Shown piece by piece: positions 12,201-24,400 of a DNA stretch of 64,000 nucleotides. Both the position numbers and the translations under genes were made by a program. The notes beneath the pieces are model-generated. The model was not told the DNA's origin. It ran no database searches and worked only from the letters and a program-made list of their open reading frames with translations. Positions within the stretch are counted from its first letter, which is position 1, and every line of letters starts with the position of its first letter. The DNA is from Utricularia gibba (lineage: Eukaryota > Plantae > Magnoliophyta): the NCBI GenBank assembly GCA_002189035.1, contig NEEC01000009.1, forward strand, positions 310,001-374,000. Reading direction: 5' to 3'.

Positions 12201-13753
12201 TGACTTGATTTCTTAATTTTATATAAGTTATTGGTTATTAATTACACTTTTTCTATAAGTTTGTCTTTTAAATATATTATATCATAAAACTATTTTTCAT
12301 ATTTAAAATTATATTGTTGTTTATAAAGTTGTCTAAGGTTAATAAGATTTTAAATTATATTAGAGAAAAGTCACATTATAAATTGAAAACAACAATTCAT
12401 AAACAATTATGAGTATAGTTTCTTTTTTTACAATTTTAACATTATCTCTTGTACACTCAATTATATTAAAAATTTGTGAAATACATCACTTGGTGTTTTT
12501 AGTTTTTAAAATACATCATTTTGGGTTGAGTTGGTAAAATATATTATTTTGAATATTTGATTTACAAAATATATCTTTCACATATTATTTTTGTTTAATA
12601 AATGTAATTAACGACAAGAAATGTATGAACACTTCGACAACCATTTTTTTTAATGATATACCATGCAGAGTACTTAAACAATATCACGTAGATTCTACAT
12701 TTTACTTCGATTAAATAACCCTTTGATTAAGTAGCTAGAAATGTATGGACATAACATGTGCATGACTAATTCAAAGATACATAGGTGGCTGAATATTAAA
12801 TGATGTCTACATTTCTCTTTCATTAAATTGACTTCTTCTTCATTTCTACACATCTCGTCTATATTCTATAATTAGTTTACTACAAGAAGTTTTTACACAT
12901 AATCACCATGTTGAAGGTTTCCATCTATGTATTCTCTGGGAGAAATATCCTAAGATATCAATATTCCAATTCTGTTATATATGATCTTAAGGCTATAAAG
13001 GTGGTTCTAATGAAACCTAAAATTTTACTGGAATAATTTACTGGGATTTTACAGTGTTAAGTAATTATAGTTGTAGATTTTCATGTTTTTCGTATGAAAG
13101 TCAAATTTTACGATGTCAATATTCACGACTTCAATTTCTTCTTGATTTCAAATGAATCCAAGTAGCAATATGTCTTTAATCAATTGAACTCACAATATGA
13201 TGTAGACTTGTACATCCTAAACAATAACATGGGTCAGGCTGTTTCCTTTAATTATGTCGGTGTTTACAATATTCCTAAAATATGATTTTATATTGATTTT
13301 TCATACATTAAAACTATAAATTTTGTATAATCTAAATATAAATATTAATTTTTTAATGAATGATAGTTTGGATACTTATAATATAATTATATAATATTTT
13401 ACTAATACACATAATTCATTAGATCATAGTTAAGTTATCACTATATTAGCATATATCATGTTAATATTGATTATAGTATTTATTTTTTTATTTAATAATA
13501 AATAACTTAAAATATTTAGATAATTGATTTTAAAAACTAATTTGATCAGGTGGGATAGGTGTTGTAGTCAAGATCTCTTCACCAGTTGTTCAATCACAAA
13601 TTATTATCATTGTCAATTATAAAATTAATTTGCATAAATAAAGAATATTTTTGATGAAAAATTATAATTATTAAAATAAAATTTGAAAAATGATTTAAGA
13701 ATTATCACTAGAAAGGCGCAAAAAATGATCAGGTGAGATAGGCGTCAAAAATT

Positions 13754-15063
13754 TGTTGCGTGTCGTTTCCTCAACAAATTTTAAATATTTAAAATGTAGG
13801 ACACTAGAAAGCGTAGTACGAGTATCGATCATAGGGAGTTGTTTTTCGTGAAAAGTGTTTTGTAAGAAACTTCTACAAAATGTCATGGTTTTGTAAAAGA
13901 GAGTTTTTAAGATGCAGAAATGAAAGTTAAAACCTAAGTGATGGGCCTTGACTACGGGACACAGTTCCTGGGAATAAGACTCTATCTCCTTCCTTTGTCC
14001 ATCCTTGCCTCGGTTTTCACTGATTTCTTCCGAATAGCTGGTTATAAGAGCAAGGAATAGCCTACTCTCCCTTAAACTCTAATTGACAAGGAGGCATGGG
14101 AATAGCCTCATGTGATTCCCCTTGGACGACTAGGAAGATAAGAGGATTATCTTCGATTTCCTTCAAAACCGAATTGCATGCGTGTGCCCAACTGTTGCCA
14201 ATGGCCAATGGCATGTTCGAGGTCATAACTTGTCCAGTGTCGCGGTACCTAGACCACAAACAATCTGCTACTTCCCTCGAACCGGCAGGGTTGGAGTTGG
14301 TGCTCTTCACCTTGATCTTCACCAAAATCCGCGAGGAGTGGCCTGCTACTCATGGACCTTGACTAAGAATCGTTACAGAAAGACTGCAACAAGACGCGTG
14401 GAAGTATGCGGAATCCGAATTGAATTCAGTGAAGAACCGAGTGTATTGCTCAAGACTTGGAAGGAAACTTCATCTACTTCCCAGAAACTAAAAATTTTTA
14501 GCCCGAAAGGGCCATTGAAACAGGAACGAAAAGAAACTAAGTGTTCTTCCTCCTTGAGAGGAGGAAGAACTCAAAAATTCTAAGTACAAAGAAATTGTTC
14601 CAAAAAAGTCCGGAACTAATTGCTCCAAGTGGTTTTTATATGACTTCCCACGTGCATTAACTCCTTTGGGTCCCCTTCTCATCATTCCTTCTGTCTTGCG
14701 TGCACCACCAGACTTTCTTTGCGTGCAAGTTTGCGCTCAATCATTGCTGCAAATTCTGATATGCCGTAAGTCAGGGGCCTTGACTAGTGTCAGTTTTCCG
14801 CTCACAATCATTCCAACTCCCGTACAAGGCACGAAAACTCAAAGTCTGACCACCTGCAATACTCCTGCAACACTCTATGACAGTTTCCTAACATGTCTCG
14901 GTCAAAGTGTGAGAAAAAAGATATAAAATATACACAAAATGGGAAAATAGGAATTTTCTAGTAAAAATCAAATAATTAATAATAAGATTCCTAATTTGGG
15001 CGACTTCATACATAATTAACACATAATAATACCTAATAATTAACTAGAAAATGACACTTAACA
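13754..15063 (-). mobile_element. Athila-like Ty3/gypsy LTR, copy A
   Basis: TGTTG...TTAACA termini, colinear along its length with 30872-32169. No TSD (AAATT vs TAGTC). On the minus strand it is followed by AATTTTTGACGCC, resembling the start of a TGGCGCC-type PBS. Confidence 0.75.
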
Positions 15064-16879
15064 TAGTCACATAAACTTAAAACATTTAGCAAACGAAAAG
15101 AAAGTAAGGATTGTTCTGATTCCTATCTATTATTGTTCACGGCCCGGAATAGTAGTGTTGAATTGAGTCTTGATAGTGTTCTTCATGAGAATCTTCATGC
15201 TCTTCTTTTCTAGTTCAGTGTCTGTGGTGTTCTTGGAGGAGCCCCCAATGTATTGCTACTCTTCGCTACTCCCCTCTTAGGATCTCTCTCATCCAAAAAG
15301 ATTTCTCCTCCTTTACTACATTGCATTGTTTCTGACACCAGTATTGTTCTTGACTTGAACTTGCAGATTGCAATCAACATAACAGTGCTCTTTGTCTCCT
15401 TTCGGATGTTGTGCCCTTTAACTGAATCCACACATCCCTCAGTCGGATTTTACTACCACTCCTCCGGTTGAACTTAGTTAAATATCAGTAACAAAATATG
15501 AACTAAATCAAAAGATTTAGTCCACTTTTCAACATAAACATGAAATTAACATAAACAACATATAAAATATAAAAAATCATATAAAACTAACCTAAACTAC
15601 AATAAAACATAATAATTTTATATTATAAAATACAAAGAAAATGTGTATCATCATAATATTCTTCTTTTCTTATAAGATGACTCAATGGGATGACAATGCA
15701 TTACAAAGTCATAAATACATGCAATTTTTTTATGAAATGGATGACATGCCTAGCTATGTGAAAATGTTTTGATATTATCAAACTCCAACTAAAAAAGATT
15801 ATGAGTGTTGGGAGATTTACGAATCCATAAAAAATCAGTATATATAATATGCTTTATTGAGAAATTTGTATTACAAAATATGTTGAGTTTTGGTTAATTA
15901 TTTTTTTAAAATATATATATTAATTAAAAGAATATTAAAATATAATTCTTAAAAATTATATACAAGTGATATAATATTTTTTACATTTTTTTGTTTATAT
16001 TATGTAACAATGATAATCATCAAATATTATATTATTTATAATTATGAAAAAAGTTAAGAATTGTTATATTTAGTGCTATATAAAAATTTAAGAAATATGA
16101 TTATGAACAGAAAATGTACATTCATTTAATTAATTAATCAACATTTTTATTTTGCACCTAATACATACATTCATTTGATATAATCAATTATATACTAGAT
16201 ATTTTATTAAATTTTAACGTTTAAGTTTACTAAAAGAATTTGTAAAATTACGAAAAACCAAAAAATGTGGGTTTGCATGTGAAATTAAGCAACACTTTAG
16301 AGTCTTTGGATGCTGTATATCATCTAAATCGCATCCTAAAGTTTTTGGGATGCTACTTGTATGCAGGGTTCACGAGTAGTGCTTATGGTGACAACCAACG
16401 TCTAAGACTGATTGGTAACATACATAAAAAATTAATGTAAAATGAAAAAAATATATTAATTATAAATAAAATTAATATTTAATTTTCATATTAATTAAGA
16501 ATATTTATAAATTTATATTATATTTATATAAGTTTTATTTTATGTTTTAAAGTGAAATTATAATTTAATGTTGAATTAGTGGTATTTTCCAAAGTTAAAC
16601 TAAAAATATGGTATTCGATTAATATCTTTCTAATATCACTTGTACAATACAAATTTTGCTCATTATTTCGCATATGATTTGTGGGTCTAATATCTAGGAA
16701 CTAGGCTTCCTCCATATTTTTGCTAGTTGAAAAGGCAAATTCATACTCCTCAATATGAAAAAAAAAAAAAGTATTTTCCGTTAGCCTTCAAACATGAAAA
16801 AAACCCTTAATTTTCCATTTCCCTGCCGTGATCTGTTATTCTGTCCATTCTTTCTACTTTTAACTAGACACACTTGTTA

Positions 16880-17790
16880 TGAGTGCTCATTTTTCTTTAC
16901 ACCAGTCACACAGTGTTTGGCTTCCATCAACATAATCTAGTCTTGTGATTTTGCTTCCTACAAATACATCCTCGTATGACATTCCAACAAACCTCTAATT
17001 TGTCATTGGTTTTGCCACAATGTTTGCAGCATGCTTCAACAGTAGATTTCTATTTCTATTTCTGAGTATTTATTTGTGGAGCCTGTTTGGATTTGTCCTC
17101 ATATTGTTGGTTCTGATTTTTGTTGATGAATTCAAAATTACTTGCCTTGCTACTATTCCCTCTCTCATAGATATTCTTTTATTTTATGCTTATAGTTTAG
17201 TAATGAAATCCAAAAATGACATTTCCTCGACTCTCTCGTGATAATCAATAGCATCTTTCTTACAACATCCACTACCTGCATTTCACATATTTTTGCTTTA
17301 AACTTCATAGTCAGCCTCATATTAGCTTTCTCTATTAGTTTAGCAACACATGGGTGGCCTAATGCTCGAATTGTCTTCAAAAGTTTTTTTTTTTTTTCGT
17401 TTATAATATTCTCGTATTGTATTTGTTTTCAACATTAGATTCCTTTCAAAATCTTTAAGTTTACTCCTGCACATGATCTTTCTCAACTTTTCTTCTCCTT
17501 GGTACATTTCTTTGAGCTTAATCCAAATCTGAAAAGGTGACTCAGATATAGCAATTTTTCAAACATTTTATCAGAGAATCATTGATGTAGTGCTATCATG
17601 GTTGCGTATTTTTCTTGTTGATGTCTTTCATATGCTTTCATTGTGTCATCAAAAGGTTTTTCTCTTTAGATGAAGCTCCTTACGTTCCTTAACTTTAGAT
17701 GTATTCTCATCTTGATTTCCATCCAAAATAATTCAATCCATCATTCGCCACTTTGTCTTGTGTTTCCTTCACATATCATCTTGAATCTCC
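16880..17790 (-). mobile_element. Decayed Ty1/copia gag remnant
   Basis: Minus-strand pieces: NYFGWK.KMRIHL, ESPFQIWIKLKEMYQGEEKLRK, and zinc-knuckle CKHCGKTNDKLEVCW. Frameshifted; boundaries approximate. Confidence 0.65.
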
Positions 17791-18135
17791 TACTCTGATA
17801 CTACGAAAAATATTGAGATAAAAACATCAAGATTGAAAAACATAGTTTTTTTCAAGAGTCGGTTGCCTTGCACACAAATCCCTAGGCATGCCTTTTTCTT
17901 TTTATACAAGGATTAAGACAAAACACATTATATTATTGAGGTATCTATTTGTTTAGAATTTATTACTTAATAATTTGTAAAAAAACATAACACAAAAATT
18001 TACATGCCATTCTTCTCATGTTCTTCATCAGTGTGACGACCATCTCCTTCAAATAATAATTTACAAACTAATATTATTTTGTGAATCATTTACAAACTAA
18101 AGTTATTTTAGTTTTGTGTTTCCACATACAAATTA

Positions 18136-18308
18136 GTACTGCATCTGTACTACACACAGATGGAAAGCTAAATTTGTACAGATTGGCCTGTTTAAAAACC
18201 TTTTTTTAATAATTTTTTCCCATTCAGGAATATTTTCATATTAACTTTCTTGGAATTAATTGTACTAGCATATGATTTTCCAGTACAGTTTCCCTTTGTT
18301 TCTGGTAC
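18136..18308. promoter_or_regulatory. Cluster of six GTAC copper-response element cores upstream of the copper chaperone gene
   Basis: GTAC at 18136, 18147, 18176, 18262, 18283 and 18305 within 173 bp, 420-590 bp upstream of the ATG. A CACGTG follows at 18343. Confidence 0.7.
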
Positions 18309-18665
18309 TGCATTCCAAAAAGCAAAAGGTAGGCATCTCCGTCACGTGCAGCTTTTTATTTAATTATAATATGCTTGATTGTTTAGTTTAATTAATACAT
18401 TTATATTTAGACATCTTGATTATGAAAACGCGTATGTGATAACAGTTTTAATAAAAATGATATTATTATTTTTTTATAAAATATTAAAATATTGAAGAAT
18501 ATAGATATAATTTTTAATAGTGTATTTTAGGCTCTCGGAATTATTGAGCAAATATGATACCTTGGATTTTATGATGCCCTTTTGGTGTAGAAAATAATGG
18601 AAAAACATTTTTATTTTGGCATTTAATTTTAATTTTGAAAGTTGTCAAAATTCCCTCGTCCTCGT

Positions 18666-18672
18666 TATAAAT
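18666..18672 (+). promoter_or_regulatory. Candidate TATA box of the copper chaperone gene
   Basis: TATAAAT starts 61 bp upstream of the ATG at 18727. Confidence 0.5.
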
Positions 18673-18726
18673 GCGCGTCATCTTTCGGTTGTGAATTACC
18701 ATACGTTAGTTTTTGCAACGACCGCC

Positions 18727-19796
18727 ATGTCGCAGGTGGGATTTCTTCGTTTCTTTTGATTTTGGGCTTTCTTCTTCGGGCGAAATGCCTTTGCTCCTTT
18801 GATTCGTATATGTTTTTGTGGCTATGTGCCTCTTTGATCGTATTGCTTCCCTCGTTTTGCTTTAGATTAAAAAATGCGTCTTGTTTCAGATGGAAGGCTG
18901 TGTTTGCTAGATTTTTGGTAGAATTTATTGTCGTATCCTTCCAAAAAGGACTAAATCACTGCGCACAAGTCTTAGAGGGAGGAAGTTAACCTAATCGGGC
19001 AAAGAATAATAAATTAGAGTAGACGTGTCACGTGTAAGATTGATAAAACTGTTCATTTGTTCAGACTGTGGAACTCAAGGTTCGCATGTCATGCCAAGGC
19101 TGTGCAGGAGCTGTGAGACGGGTCCTTGACAAATTGGAAGGTGTGCCGCTTTTTCTTTTGAAAACTCCGCTTTTGATATTAGTTGATCTTTCCACTTGTA
19201 AACATGATGTTTTTTGCTTCATTGCTGCTGGTTTTCTGCGCATTCAGTGCGTCTCAGGCATCTATGTTGCATTGTGTTCAGCCCTAGGATAGAGTAGGGG
19301 ACGATGATACTACTCTCAGATTAATTAGAGTACATGCTTAAGAGTGATTCCGAAAACATGAAAGCTTCGCCTTGTTTGTATTCGTATCTTGAGATGATAT
19401 TATGGCACAGGCGTTGAATCATTTGATATCGACATGGAGAAGCAGAAGGTGACTGTAAAAGGCCGTGTTCCACCAGACACCGTTTTTAATGCGGTTTCGA
19501 AATCGGGGAAAAAGACTTTCTTCTGGGAAGAAGCGAAGGAAGAAGTGAAGGAAGAAGCGAAGGAAGAAGTGAAGGAAGAAGTGAAGGAAGAAGTGAAGGA
19601 AGAAGCGAAGGAAGAAGCGAAGCAAGACGTGAAGGAAGAGGTGAAGGAAGAAGCGAAGGAAGAAGCGAAGCAAGACGTGAAGGAAGAAGCGAAGCAAGAA
19701 GTGAAGGAAGAAGTGAAGGAAGAAGCGAAGCGAGACGTGAAGGAAGAAGTGAAGGAAGAAGCGAAGGAAGAAGAAAAGGCGCCACCCTCCATCTAA
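18727..19796 (+). CDS. CCH: CCH/ATX1-type copper chaperone (HMA domain) with repetitive acidic-basic C-terminal tail, 156 aa, 3 exons
   Basis: Exons 18727-18735 (MSQ), 19065-19140 ([25 protein letters not shown]) and 19411-19796 ([18 protein letters not shown]...[11 protein letters not shown] plus tail). Total 471 nt in frame; MxCxxC metal-binding motif. Confidence 0.92.
19536..19775 (+). repeat. Coding 12-bp minisatellite, 20 units
   Basis: Units AAGGAAGAAG(T/C)G and variants such as AAGCAAGACGTG encode [24 protein letters not shown]. Confidence 0.97.
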
Positions 19797-21426
19797 ACTG
19801 AAGTGCTGCTTGATTTGCACAACTCCCATATAATGCTGTTGTATTATCAATTGTGTAATGTGTGTTTATGCCTGTGCGGGTGGCCTTATAAATAAGCTGC
19901 AGGCAATCCATTTGATCTCAATGCAGTGTAATCTGCGTATGCATATTCCCCAAGTCATGGCTTGTGGCAATGAATAAAGTATCTCATATGAATTGCTTCA
20001 TTTTGTTGAATGATAGCACATGCACGAGCCCAAGTCGCAAGTCCCATTTCATGATGAGTCATGATGAGTCGTCAAGCCCAAATCCATGAGAATGCAGGAG
20101 ACAGAGACAAACAGTTGGCTCGAGAAACTGAGATGTAGGAGACACAACGTGTGATCAGACACGAAAGATCAATGGTGTAATAAATATCGATTGCCTTGTA
20201 CTCTAAACACTGATGGCTTCGTTGTAGGGCTTCCATCCTCAAACACTGATGGAAAAATGCAGTAGTTTTTCTCTCTTTTCACACATTTAAGTATCCTAAT
20301 CTACGATCCACGAGTGATGGCTTCACAAGGAGACCAAATTGAAAGATGAGAGATATGGTGTGGACTGTGGACTAGGCATAGTGGAAAGAGCAATCTGTTC
20401 AGGACGACGAAGAAGGAGCCACACACGGTCCCATCACCCCTGTGCCTCCGCTTTCAACTTTAATGTTGATGTGACTGTGACAGAGATACTCCAAGATGCC
20501 AATCCCGCACCCCAACCCGCTATCTTTTTCTCTTAGCTTACGACAAAACCCGATCCTCATAATTTGGATGATCCTCCCTATCCGCACTCCATAGCTTACA
20601 CCCATTTATGATAGGAAGCCATGGTGTGCCCGTGCAGCGTAAGGGAGGAAGAAATCCTTGGCATTCCATCGAACACGTAGGCGTCTACCTGGGGGTTCTA
20701 GGAAGAGGGAGTCGGTAGCGTCCCCACATGATCGGGTTGCTGCTGGAAAGTGGGAATGTGTGGTTGTCCTTCACATACATCTCTATACTTTTGTTGATGG
20801 TTTTGGCGCGATTCACCACATCCCTCGAACTTGGGTTCTGAACACAACTGCAGCTTCCTCTATGCTCACCGGCAACAGACGGAAGGGAACCATCCTCTAT
20901 TCTCTCCGGCGGCTTTGAGGAAGCGAACCATCCTCCATTCTCGCCGACAGCTTTGAGGATGGAAGCCCTACAACGAAGCAAAAGTCCTTTTCTTTAATTA
21001 AAAAAACTAGGCATGGGCGCACTCCTGGAGTGATGCCCACGTGCTTAAATTATGCACTGTGTGCTGCAACGACTACTGGGTTCCTCATAAATGCAATTGC
21101 ATGGGCAAGGTGTTGACACTGTGATCAAAGGGATCTTAACCTTTTTTACAACAAAACATGTCGAAAAGTGATCCTTTCATAGGAGGAAAATAAAACAAAA
21201 CGACGGTTCACTTGTCGATTCACGATACAAGGCTTGGTTTTCTTTTTCCTGGTCACTATTTTTTTGTTGGCAAACTGAAAATTGAAAATGGACGAAAAGA
21301 CAAGTAGAGGGTAGCCTCTATAAGTAGGTGGTGCCTCTTCATGGCGGTACTGCATGTTTCGGTAGTTGTCCTTCTCTCATTGCAGGGGTAGTTGCCATCA
21401 GGCGTTTGGAAAGAAGTAGAGAAGGG

Positions 21427-24400
21427 ATGTCTGCCGTCGAGCTTGCGGCGGAGTCCTCCGGCCGCCGATCTATAAGCCACATAATCGGGTTGTCGCCGGT
21501 TCTGTGCGTGTCGGGGAGGGATGTGTTTGAGAGCAGCTGGAGAACAGATCACAGCAACCATGAGTATGGTGAGCTCGTGTTGGCTGCCGTGGAGCGGCTC
21601 GGCTACTCCGGAAGATTCGAACCAGGGCGGGAGGCCGAAGTCCTCCCCAACCGAGTTCCAGCGACGCTGGAGGTCATGGAAAACGTGACAACCAAACATG
21701 AAGACGATGATGGGAGGCTCCTCAGGACGCTGAGGAACAGAGCTCAAAGGTAATTGCATGTTGCTTACAAAAAACAAAAAAATACCATTTTTGTTTTCAA
21801 GTGGATTTTTTTATTATAATTCATGTTACCTTTTGTTGCTGTGATTGAAGGGTGGGAATCGAGATACCCAAAGTGGAGATTCGCTATGAACATTTATCAG
21901 TGGAAGGGGATGCATACGTGGGAACGAGGGCACTTCCGACGCTCTTGAATTTCACCTTAAACGCGCTAGAGGTAACGACCATCGTCTTCTCACACCACAA
22001 CTTCGGGGTTGGCTTCTTTCATGAAGTTTGGATCGTAAAACCGACAAATTTTTACCTTGTCGGAGTGCTGTTTCTGACAGGGGCTGCTTGAGAAGCTCAG
22101 GATTCTCCCCTTGAAGAAGAAATCGATTAAAATTCTGGACGATGTCAGTGGGATCATAAAGCCTTCCAGGTTGGTAAATGCATTGTGAAGTAAAAAAATG
22201 TTTCCAAGAAACAATATTTTATTCATTTATTTTTATTTTAAGGTTGACACTGCTTCTCGGACCGCCTGGAGCTGGGAAATCTGTGTTCCTCAAGGCACTT
22301 GCAGGGAGACTGGAAAATGATCTCAGGGTGTGTGCTTTAGCTCCCTAACGATGCTATTTTCACGTCACTAAATCAAAGTATTCATCTTTTTTGTTTGTTT
22401 CATCGTTCATGTCAGCCAAGCGGGAGGGTCACCTACTGTGGCCATGAACTCTTGGAGTTCATTCCTCAAAAGACTTGCTCTTATATAAGTCAACATGATC
22501 TTCATCATGGGGAGATGACTGTTAGAGAGACGTTGAACTTTGCACAGCAGTGCTTAGGAGCCGGAATTCGATTCAGAATCATTGAGGAATTATTGAGAAA
22601 AGAGAAGGAGATGGGGATCGACCCTGACCCTGAGATTGATGCCTTTCTGAGGACCACATCTGCACCTGGCCAGGAATTTACTCTAATAACAGATCACATT
22701 CTTAAAGTACGTATTCCCATGCCTTATTTATCAGAATGTTATCAGAAGAAATGCATTGATTTGAAACTGTTCGGGGTTATCAGCATCTTGGACTTGAAAC
22801 ATGTGGTGATATTCTCGTCGGAGACGAGATGAGAAGAGGTATCTCCGGTGGACAGAAAAAGCGTCTCACAACTGGTTAGTGAACAAACTGGATGACTGAT
22901 TGCTTTCCAATGGTATGGATTTTTATACCTTTTTGAACTTTTTGGTGGCTTAGGTGAAATGTTGGTTGGGTCTGCCAATGTTTTTTGTATGGATGATATC
23001 TCAACTGGTCTCGATAGTTCAACGGCATTTCAAATTCTCAAGTACATAAAGCAGGTGGTTCATATCATGGATTTGACAATCATCATATCTCTTCTACAGC
23101 CTGCTTCTGAAATCTTTGAGCTTTTTGATGATATTATCCTGCTTTCTGAAGGACAAGTTGTCTATCATGGTCCTCGTGAAAATATCCTTGGATTTTTTGA
23201 AAGCGTTGGATTCAAGTGCCCTAAGAAGAAGGGGGTAACTGATTTTTTGCAGGAAGTAACTTCAGTAAAAGATCAAAAGCAGTACTGGTACAAAAAAGAT
23301 ACACCTTACAATTATGTATCTGTTGCCGATTTTGTGAAATTTTTTGAGTCTTCAAATGATGGGAAAGTGCTGCATGATGAACTTGCTGTGGCTTATGATA
23401 AACGCAATGCTCATCCTGCTGCTTTGGCCACTAAAAAGTATGGGATATCCAATTGGGAGTTGTTCAAGGTGTGCTTGTCAAGGGAGTTTCTCTTGATGAA
23501 ACGCAATGTCTTCTTCTATATTTTTAAGATGTTTCAGGTAATAGTGATGTCCATATTCACATCATCAGTTTTCTTTCGAAGTACGATGAAAACTGGAGAA
23601 TTGACAGATGGTGGGAAATTCTATGGTGCCTTGTTCTACAGCATCATGACGTTGATGTTCAATGGAACCTCAGAAATGGCAATGATAATTTTCAGACTTC
23701 CAGTCTTCATCAAACAGAAAAATGCATTATTTTTCCCAGCTTGGGCATTTTCAATACCTATATTCATTTTTAGGATTCCTATTTCTTTTATAGAAACATT
23801 CATATGGATGGCTCTTACATATTACACAATCGGATTTGCTCCTGATGCTAGCAGGTGTGCGTCATTGCATTTTTAAAACATGTCTTCCAATATTTTACTA
23901 TGTTTTCTCACTTGGTTGTTGTCTTTCTTATCAGATTCTTTCGCCAGTTTTTGGCGTTCTTTAGCCTACACCAAATGTCTCTATCACTATTCGGATTTCT
24001 TGCTGCACTTGGCTCAAGAATTGCTGTAGCATTTCCACTATCCACTTTCATCTTGCTACTGATATATGTTCTTGGTGGTTTTATTATATCAAAAGGTTAC
24101 ATGATGCGTTCTGTTTCCTGATAAGTTTGTTTTATGCAACATCAACATTTATCATACTCATATTCCATCATTTTCTCTTTTTGTATATTTTCAGACGACA
24201 TTTATCCATGGATGATTTGGGCTTACTATCTTTCTCCAATGGCCTATGCTCAGAATGCAATCTCCGTTAATGAATTTCTAGACAAAAGATGGAGCAATGT
24301 ACGGTTATTATTCCTTTTTTTGGCATCTTATAGTCATTAAACAGAACTTGCATTCTCTAAAACTTAATTATTCATTCATTAGCCAAATTCCAGTCGAAAG

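Noticed and set aside
14062-14325. MVKIKVKSTNSN ORF present in both LTR A and LTR B (31226-31444)
   Set aside because: Similarity follows from LTR homology. The lengths differ (87 vs 72 aa), no domain is recognisable, and there is no evidence of codon-level constraint.
15210-15471. Short ORFs next to LTR A with a GHN knuckle-like word
   Set aside because: Cys spacing is incomplete and no other domain supports it.
19536-19775. Regular repeat array considered as CRISPR-like
   Set aside because: The units are contiguous with no spacers, lie in frame inside a plant exon, and have no cas genes nearby.
19400-19911. Three long minus-strand ORFs (SSF-, FFL- and LLPS-rich)
   Set aside because: They are antisense shadows of the stop-free 12-bp coding repeat in the copper chaperone.
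21328-21426. N-terminal extension of the ABCG ORF shown in the ORF track
   Set aside because: It relies on a non-ATG start. The first in-frame ATG is 21427, and the ATG at ~21342 opens a short out-of-frame ORF.
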